DNA of 24,389 bases from Ignavibacteria bacterium (lineage in GTDB: Bacteria; Elusimicrobiota; Endomicrobiia; PHAN01), in assembly GCA_041694835.1 (NCBI GenBank), contig JBGFRZ010000021.1, forward strand, positions 1 through 24,389, read 5' to 3'. The first letter of the stretch is position 1. Each line of letters begins with the position of its first letter. Below are positions 18,643-24,389 of this stretch, piece after piece. The notes under the pieces were generated by a model, which saw nothing but the letters and a program-made list of their open reading frames with translations, ran no database searches and had not been told where the DNA came from. A program made the translations under genes and the position numbers.

Positions 18643-19701
18643 ATGGAAAAGAAAACCTTGATGAAGGGCAACATCGCCATCGCGCAGGGCGCAATAGATG
18701 GCGGTCTTGACGCATACTTTGGTTATCCCATTACGCCCCAGAACGAAATCCCGGAGTTTATGTCGAAAAAACTGCCTGAAATTAACAAGGTCTTTATTCA
18801 GGCCGAATCTGAGCTCGCATCCATAAATATGGTTATGGGAAGCGCTGTTGCAGGTTTTCGTTCTATGACTTCATCTTCTTCTCCTGGAATAAGTCTTATG
18901 CAGGAAGGGCTCTCGTATCTTTGTGGGTGCGAACTTCCGTGTCTTATCGTGAACGTCCAACGCGGTGGGCCTGGGTTGGGGAATATATCGGGCAGCCAGG
19001 CAGATTATTTCCAGACCGTCAAAGGAGGCGGCCATGGCGATTACCGTCTTATCGCGTTCGCACCTGATTCAGTTCAAGAGATGTATGATTTCAGTTTATT
19101 ATCATTTGAGCTATCGGAAAAATATAGAAACCCCGTCATGATTTTGACAGACGGAGTTCTCGGTCAGATGATGGAGCCGATAGTTGTTGCAATCCACGAG
19201 CCACGAGCCACGAGTCACGAGCCACGAGCCACCAAAAATTGGGCGTTGGATGGCTGCGCCGGAAGAAAACCGAGATTGATACGTTCGCTCCTGATGGTGG
19301 AAGGGGAGCTAGAGAAACACAACTGGCATCTGAATCGAAAATACGACGATATAACCAAATCCGAGGTCAAGTATGAAATCGTCGGACACAAAGATGCCGA
19401 TGTATTCATAGTCGCTTACGGAATTGTTGCGCGAATATGTAAATCTGTAATCAAGGACGCAGGCTCTAAAGTCGGACTCATCCGCCCTATAACTCTCTGG
19501 CCTTTTCCGTCGGAAATTATATCTGAAATCGCTTCGCCCGGAAAAAAGAAATTCCTGACAGTTGAAATGAATCTTGGGCAGATGGTCGAAGACGTTAAAC
19601 TTTCAGTAAATGGAAAATCGCCCGTTGAATTTCTCGGTCGTCCCGGAGGAGGCCTCGTTACGGCGGAAGAGATATTACAAAAATTAAAGGGAATGTTATA
19701 A
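18643..19701 (+). CDS. vorB: 2-oxoacid:ferredoxin oxidoreductase alpha subunit (VorB / 2-ketoisovalerate type)
   Basis: LMKGN.AIA, YFGYPITPQ, FIQAESE, TSSSSPGISL, QRGGPGLG, KGGGHGDY, RPITLWPFP, EMNLGQMVEDV. Confidence 0.9.
   Translation: MEKKTLMKGNIAIAQGAIDGGLDAYFGYPITPQNEIPEFMSKKLPEINKVFIQAESELASINMVMGSAVAGFRSMTSSSSPGISLMQEGLSYLCGCELPCLIVNVQRGGPGLGNISGSQADYFQTVKGGGHGDYRLIAFAPDSVQEMYDFSLLSFELSEKYRNPVMILTDGVLGQMMEPIVVAIHEPRATSHEPRATKNWALDGCAGRKPRLIRSLLMVEGELEKHNWHLNRKYDDITKSEVKYEIVGHKDADVFIVAYGIVARICKSVIKDAGSKVGLIRPITLWPFPSEIISEIASPGKKKFLTVEMNLGQMVEDVKLSVNGKSPVEFLGRPGGGLVTAEEILQKLKGML
19194..19232 (+). repeat. Intragenic heptamer tandem repeat (CCACGAG)x5.5
   Basis: ccacgag ccacgag ccacgag tcacgag ccacgag ccac, translated HEPRATSHEPRAT. 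Confidence 0.92.
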
Positions 19702-19704
19702 GTG

Positions 19705-20436
19705 ATGAAAAAAATATTTTCAAGACCAGAAAGCCTCAAAGATACTCCGCATCTTTATTGTCCCGGTTGTGGCCACGGCATAATACACCGTCTCATAGCC
19801 GAGGTTATAGATGAATTGGGTGTCAGGGAAAAAACAATAGGAGTTGCCCCTGTTGGCTGTGCGGTGTTTGCTTACGACTACTTCAACTTCGATGTCACCG
19901 AAGCTCCTCACGGCAGACCCCCTGCGGTTGCGACCGGAATCAAAAGGGTTCTTCCCGACAGAGTAGTCTTCACCTATCAGGGCGACGGGGATCTCGCCGC
20001 TATAGGGACAGCCGAGATAATACATGCCGCCGCACGAAGCGAGAATATAACCGTCATTTTCGTCAACAACGCCAACTACGGCATGACGGGCGGTCAGATG
20101 GCACCCACGACGCTTATAGGTCAGAAAACATCAACTACTCCCGAAGGAAGGATTGAAAACTGCCACGGATTGCCTATAAAGGTATCTGAGCTTATGGCCA
20201 TTTTCGACGGAGTATCATACATCGAAAGGACGGCAGTCAACACACCTAAAAATATATTGAGAACCAGGAAAGCTATAAAGATGGCGTTTGAAGCACAGAT
20301 AGAAAACAAAGGACTTTCTCTCGTTGAAATTTTGTCGCAGTGCCCCGTTGAGTGGCATATGAACCCGGTGGTATCTGCAAAATGGCTCGACGAGGAGATG
20401 CTCAAATTTTATCCCTTAGGTGTTATCAAAGGTTAA
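19705..20436 (+). CDS. 2-oxoacid:ferredoxin oxidoreductase beta (TPP-binding) subunit
   Basis: [17 protein letters not shown] motif GDGD...[14 protein letters not shown]. Confidence 0.93.
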   Translation: MKKIFSRPESLKDTPHLYCPGCGHGIIHRLIAEVIDELGVREKTIGVAPVGCAVFAYDYFNFDVTEAPHGRPPAVATGIKRVLPDRVVFTYQGDGDLAAIGTAEIIHAAARSENITVIFVNNANYGMTGGQMAPTTLIGQKTSTTPEGRIENCHGLPIKVSELMAIFDGVSYIERTAVNTPKNILRTRKAIKMAFEAQIENKGLSLVEILSQCPVEWHMNPVVSAKWLDEEMLKFYPLGVIKG

Positions 20437-20437
20437 T

Positions 20438-20989
20438 GTGGAGAAAAAAATAATAGTGTGTGGCAGCGGCGGGCAAGGCGTTCTTTTTTCAGGGGTTGTG
20501 CTTGCTTGGGGTGCGATAGAGGCGGGGAAACATACTACATGTTTTCCTTCATACGGAGCCGAAATAAGAGGTGGCTCTTCCATGTCCACCGTCATAATTT
20601 CCGACGAGCCTATAGGCTCCCCCGTGGCGGAATCCCTCGACGGACTTATAGCCTTAAATGAGCTTGGTTATCATAGATACATAAAAAAACTTTTACCCGG
20701 GGGCATCGTGGTTGTAAACAGCTCAATAGCAAAAGTAAAAGCGGATGACAGGAATTTTTTTGAAATACCCGCATCGGAACTTGCGGACAGGGAACTCGGC
20801 AATATACTGTCGGCAAATATGGTCATGATCGGCTATTATATCAAAAAAAGCGGAGCGCTGTCTCTGGATGCCGTCAAGAGCGCTTGCGAGAAACTCAAGT
20901 ACAAAAAATCGGCAATTGAACTCAACAAGAATGCCCTCGAGGTTGGATATAACTATGAAAATAAGACAAGCAAAGGTAAGCGACGTTAA
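20438..20989 (+). CDS. 2-oxoacid:ferredoxin oxidoreductase gamma subunit
   Basis: GSGGQGV, PSYGAEIRGG, SDEPIGSP, ANMVMIG. GTG start inferred just after the beta stop. Confidence 0.92.
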   Translation: MEKKIIVCGSGGQGVLFSGVVLAWGAIEAGKHTTCFPSYGAEIRGGSSMSTVIISDEPIGSPVAESLDGLIALNELGYHRYIKKLLPGGIVVVNSSIAKVKADDRNFFEIPASELADRELGNILSANMVMIGYYIKKSGALSLDAVKSACEKLKYKKSAIELNKNALEVGYNYENKTSKGKRR

Positions 20990-21407
20990 AAAGATGCAAT
21001 CAATGATAAATTATTACGCCGAGAAAAAGGAGATGCTCCCGCGTTCGCTTAACGATATATACGAAAATATACAGGAGTATTTTGTCATTAAAGACGATGC
21101 GAAGATATTGGGCTGCGCCGCTTTACATGTGTCGTGGGAGGATCTCGCTGAGATTAAGTCTCTTGCCGTTTTGCCCGAAAATCAGAATAAGGGGATTGGG
21201 AAAAATCTTGTCGCCGCATGCGAGCGAAAAGCCCGCGAACTCGGAGTAAAAAAAGTTTTTGCCCTCACATTCAAACCCGCCTTTTTCGAGAAGTTAAACT
21301 ATAAAAGAATAATGAGAGAGAGCCTTCCGCATAAAATATGGGGGGAGTGTATAAAATGCCCGCTTTTCCCTGACTGCGGCGAAGAGGCCGTTTTGAAAGA
21401 ACTATGA
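20955..21407 (+). CDS. GNAT N-acetyltransferase, short ArgA-like (amino-acid N-acetyltransferase)
   Basis: MLPRSL..IYENI, LHVSWEDLAEIKSLAV, QNKGIG acetyl-CoA motif, VFALT, LPHKIWGECIKCP.FPDC.E. Confidence 0.85.
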   Translation: MKIRQAKVSDVKKMQSMINYYAEKKEMLPRSLNDIYENIQEYFVIKDDAKILGCAALHVSWEDLAEIKSLAVLPENQNKGIGKNLVAACERKARELGVKKVFALTFKPAFFEKLNYKRIMRESLPHKIWGECIKCPLFPDCGEEAVLKEL

Positions 21408-21474
21408 GATTAGTGATAGTATACGAGGATTAGGGATAGCGGCTGGCATCTGACGACAGGCAACTGAAATCTCA

Positions 21475-22155
21475 CTAAAACTTCTGATTTATGTCGAGTT
21501 TTAATCCGGGTCCCATCGTGGATGAAAGCGTTATGCTTTTTATGTACTGACCTTTTGATGTGGCGGGTTTTGACTTGATAATCGTCTCAATAAAGACTTT
21601 TATATTTTCAATCAATTTATCTTCGGCGAAGGATAATTTCCCCACGGCGCTGTGGATTATTCCGAAAGAATCATTTTTAAACTCTACGCGTCCAGCCTTA
21701 AGTTCTTTTACAGCATGTCCTACCTCGAAAGTCACGGTCCCAGATTTAGGGTTTGGCATAAGTCCTTTCGGCCCAAGTATTTTTCCGAGTTTTGCGAGAT
21801 CCTTCATAACGTCCGGCGTGGCGACCAGCACATCAAAGTCCATAGAGCCTTTTGATATCTTTTCTATCAGATCGTCCGAACCAGTCGCATCAGCGCCGGC
21901 AGTTTCGGCTTCTTTGAGTTTTTCGCCCTTCGCCACCACCGCGACTTTTCTCGATTTACCTATTCCGTGCGGCAAAACTATACTCCCTCTGACCATCTGC
22001 TCGCCTTGTTTCGGATCGATTCCAAGTTTAAGATGAACCTCTACGGTTTCGTCGAATTTTGCCTTCGGAAGAGTTTTTAAAAGAGCAACTGCTTCCTCAA
22101 GTTTATAGAATTTTGCTTCGACCATCTTTCCCAACGACTTTGCTTTTTTTGTCAT
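21475..22155 (-). CDS. rplA: 50S ribosomal protein L1
   Basis: KFDETVE, LGIDP, VRG...LPHG, LGKILGPKGLMPNPKSGTVT, SSTMGPG. Confidence 0.99.
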   Translation of the reverse strand: MTKKAKSLGKMVEAKFYKLEEAVALLKTLPKAKFDETVEVHLKLGIDPKQGEQMVRGSIVLPHGIGKSRKVAVVAKGEKLKEAETAGADATGSDDLIEKISKGSMDFDVLVATPDVMKDLAKLGKILGPKGLMPNPKSGTVTFEVGHAVKELKAGRVEFKNDSFGIIHSAVGKLSFAEDKLIENIKVFIETIIKSKPATSKGQYIKSITLSSTMGPGLKLDINQKF

Positions 22156-22284
22156 TCTTTCTCCTATGATAAAAACTAAGTTTTAATTAGGGTTCGCTGA
22201 CGCTTCGCTAAAATTCACTACGGAGGCGCAGAGAAAAAACACAGACGAGGTAGTGAGGCCTTAATGCCGCACTACTACTCCTTT

Positions 22285-22353
22285 ACCACGAAAACACGAA
22301 AGTTAGAAATCACGAAAAAAGTCCCCAATTTCGCGTTTTCGTGTCTTCGTGGT
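22285..22353. repeat. Inverted repeat built from 8-nt units (CACGAAAA)
   Basis: accacgaaaacacgaaa (22285-22301) ... tttcgtgtcttcgtggt (22337-22353), 16/17 match. Confidence 0.8.
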
Positions 22354-22473
22354 TTAGAGTTTTAATAACACATAACTCACATCTCCGTCGGTAATTTTCC
22401 CGATGTATCGGGATGAACCCTGCGCTCAATGGCTTTTATTTTATCATCGCTTTGTGGAGATACCGCCTTTCCT

Positions 22474-22911
22474 TCATTCCGCCACTTCAACGCCCATACT
22501 TCTTGCGGTTCCCATCACCATTTGTTTTGCCGATGCCAATTTTTTGGTGTTCAGATCCGGAAGTTTTTGCCTGGCTATCTCTTCGACCTGTTTTAGGGTC
22601 AGTTTTCCGACTTTGTCTTTGTTCGGGACACCAGATGCTTTTGCGAGCCCAACGGCTTTTTTGATGAGAGCGGATATTGGCGGCATCTTCAGTATAAACG
22701 CAAAAGTTCTGTCCTCATAGACGGTGATGACTACGGGTATGGTCATACCGGCTTCCATGGATTTCGTTTTTTCATTGAACTGTTTGCAGAAATCCATTAT
22801 GTTTACGCCATGCTGTCCCAAGGCGGGGCCTACGGGTGGCGCCGGGTTGGCGGCTCCGGCCGGAATCTGAAGTTTGATAAACGTTTTTACTTTTTTCGTC
22901 GGTTTTGCCAT
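22474..22911 (-). CDS. rplK: 50S ribosomal protein L11
   Basis: [41 protein letters not shown]. Confidence 0.99.
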   Translation of the reverse strand: MAKPTKKVKTFIKLQIPAGAANPAPPVGPALGQHGVNIMDFCKQFNEKTKSMEAGMTIPVVITVYEDRTFAFILKMPPISALIKKAVGLAKASGVPNKDKVGKLTLKQVEEIARQKLPDLNTKKLASAKQMVMGTARSMGVEVAE

Positions 22912-23000
22912 ATATGTCTCCTATGAAATCCTTCGGATTTCTATTCGCTTTGCTCACCCCGCCTGAAATCGGGGCATTGCGCCAAATTCATTCTCTAAAA

Positions 23001-23531
23001 TTACATTTTTTCAATCTGCGTGAAATCAAGCTCGACCGGTGTTGGCCTGCCGAATATAGTGACCATGAGTTTTAGACGGGCTTTTTCCTGAAAGACGTCC
23101 TCGACAGTGCCTACAAGAAGCTTGAAAGGTCCGTCTATTATTCTGAGGCTTTCGCCTTTTTCGAAAGTTATAACCGGTTTAGGTTTCAACTGAGGGGCTT
23201 CCAGTATCGTCTTTATGTTTGCGACTTCCTCGTCTTTAAGAGGGATAGGTTTCTTTTTATCGCTTAAGAATGACTTTACGCCGTTTATTTTTCTTACGGC
23301 CCAGTAGGTGTCCTCGTCAAGAAGCATTTTTACCATCACATAGCCGGGAAAAAATTTTCTTTTCTTCACAACCTTTTTGCTTTTCTGTATTTTTATTACA
23401 TCTTCCGTCGGAACTATAACCTCGGATATTTTATCCTTGTATGCAGTCATATATTTTAATTTTTCGATTTCCGAACTCACCTTGTCTTCGAAGTTCGTCT
23501 GTGTTTGAACCACATACCAATGTTCTTTCAT
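23001..23531 (-). CDS. nusG: Transcription termination/antitermination factor NusG
   Basis: WYVVQT, FFPGYV, KOW motif IIDGPF, IFGRPTPVELDFTQIEK. Start ATG 23531 behind a GAGGAG RBS. Confidence 0.97.
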   Translation of the reverse strand: MKEHWYVVQTQTNFEDKVSSEIEKLKYMTAYKDKISEVIVPTEDVIKIQKSKKVVKKRKFFPGYVMVKMLLDEDTYWAVRKINGVKSFLSDKKKPIPLKDEEVANIKTILEAPQLKPKPVITFEKGESLRIIDGPFKLLVGTVEDVFQEKARLKLMVTIFGRPTPVELDFTQIEKM

Positions 23532-23619
23532 CTTATTCCGCTCCTCTTGGCGCAACCCGAAGTTGTATCGGAATTGGTGAACTGTAATTCCTTTGAGTTA
23601 AGCGCTATTTAATGCCGCG

Positions 23620-23820
23620 TTATCTTCCTATAAAAACCCCGAAAGTTTTTGATAGAATCAAATCCACCAAGCCTATGTAAAGAGACGCCACTATAACTAT
23701 GATTATTATCGCTATGGTGGACGCCACCACTTCCTTTTTTGAAAGCCAATTTACCTTTCTCAATTCCTCGTAAGATTCTGTCAGAAAAGTTTTTACAGCG
23801 AATATCGGGCTTTTATTCAT
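23620..23820 (-). CDS. secE: Preprotein translocase subunit SecE
   Basis: FL..S..ELRKVNW.SKKE plus one transmembrane helix; conserved tRNA-Trp-secE-nusG order. Confidence 0.93.
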   Translation of the reverse strand: MNKSPIFAVKTFLTESYEELRKVNWLSKKEVVASTIAIIIIVIVASLYIGLVDLILSKTFGVFIGR

Positions 23821-23931
23821 CTAATAGCACCTCGTTGAATCTAATTTACTCCCGTCGGCGCAATCACTATAGCCAGCGGAGGGACTTGCCCCACACCAAA
23901 CGGGAACAAAAGGATTTGTTCCGCACCAGGG

Positions 23932-24002
23932 CGGGAGTGGAGGGATTTGAACCCCCAGTCCTGGTTTTGGAGACCAGTGGTTTGCCATTAACCGACACTC
24001 CC
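23932..24002 (-). tRNA. trnW: tRNA-Trp (CCA), 3' CCA not encoded
   Basis: Minus strand: GGGAGTG TC GGTT AATGGC AAACC A CTGGT CTCCAAA ACCAG GACT GGGGG TTCAAAT CCCTC CACTCCC G. Complete cloverleaf with G73. Confidence 0.96.
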
Positions 24003-24078
24003 AAAATAAAATTTGGTGCGGGTTTGGAGACCATCGCCGCCCTGTCGGGATTAACCAACGCTCCCGTTATAGCAGTGG

Positions 24079-24234
24079 TTATTTTGTTTCTTTATGCAGA
24101 GTGTGCTTGCCACAGTTGGAGCAGAATTTCTTCAGCTCTATCTTTTTTTCTCTCTTTTTCCCTACCGCATTATGGTAATTCCTGTTTTTGCAAACGGTAC
24201 ATGCAAACGTTATTATATGCCTGTTTTCTGTCAT
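24079..24234 (-). CDS. rpmG: 50S ribosomal protein L33, zinc-binding (C+) form; not in the ORF track
   Basis: Manual translation [51 protein letters not shown] (51 aa), two CxxC motifs, GGAG RBS, canonical position before tRNA-Trp/secE. Confidence 0.95.
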   Translation of the reverse strand: MTENRHIITFACTVCKNRNYHNAVGKKREKKIELKKFCSNCGKHTLHKETK

Positions 24235-24253
24235 TTTATATTCACTCCGTAAT

Positions 24254-24369
24254 AGAAGGTAAAAGGTAAAAGGTTAAAGGTTAAAAGGTCGGCGGTGAAA
24301 AAACCATTTGCCGTCTCTCGCCTCTGCCCTCTGCTCTTGTGCCCTTGTGCTCTTGTGCCCTTGTGCTCT
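24254..24369. repeat. Heptamer/octamer tandem arrays upstream of rpmG
   Basis: agaaggt aaaaggt aaaaggt taaaggt taaaaggt (24254-24289); cctctgc cctctgc tcttgtgc ccttgtgc tcttgtgc ccttgtgc (24321-24366). Confidence 0.85.
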
Positions 24370-24389
24370 AATTTCTGTCCTCTCCCCTC

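Noticed and set aside
22249-22279. L1 autoregulatory site between rplK and rplA
   Set aside because: The GAG-stem-CGCA-like resemblance lies on the + strand, antisense to the rplK-rplA mRNA, and lacks GGGAG.
23739-24269. 176-aa plus-strand ORF and 63-aa minus ORF
   Set aside because: They overlap secE, tRNA-Trp and rpmG; shadow ORFs.

Overview
Bacterial core-genome window. The + strand carries the 3' end of an AT-rich ATPase-like gene, a PycA/AccC-type biotin carboxylase, and an FMN riboswitch with intrinsic terminator ahead of ribD-ribE-ribBA-ribH-nusB-ligA. These are followed by an RF-1-domain (ArfB-like) gene, a DUF362 Fe-S gene, a Mut7-C RNase, recX, purH, mazG, alaS, recN, a four-subunit 2-oxoacid:ferredoxin oxidoreductase (Vor-like) and a GNAT/ArgA-like acetyltransferase. 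Converging on the - strand are rpmG, tRNA-Trp, secE, nusG, rplK and rplA. The gene content is ordinary but the non-coding DNA is not. The FMN aptamer carries two near-identical 72-bp hairpin insertions, one at each of its two pseudo-symmetric CGGTT^AAAGTCCG loops. They belong to a dispersed family (CCCCGTTAGA...TCTAACGGGG ends, variable interior) that also occurs before ribD, nested in a TA-flanked MITE at the purH stop codon, and as a half copy at the recN stop. There are also 7-9 nt tandem/inverted repeat arrays (two apparently translated inside CDSs) and a release-factor-like protein with GGE in place of the catalytic GGQ. All calls were made by eye; no searches were run.
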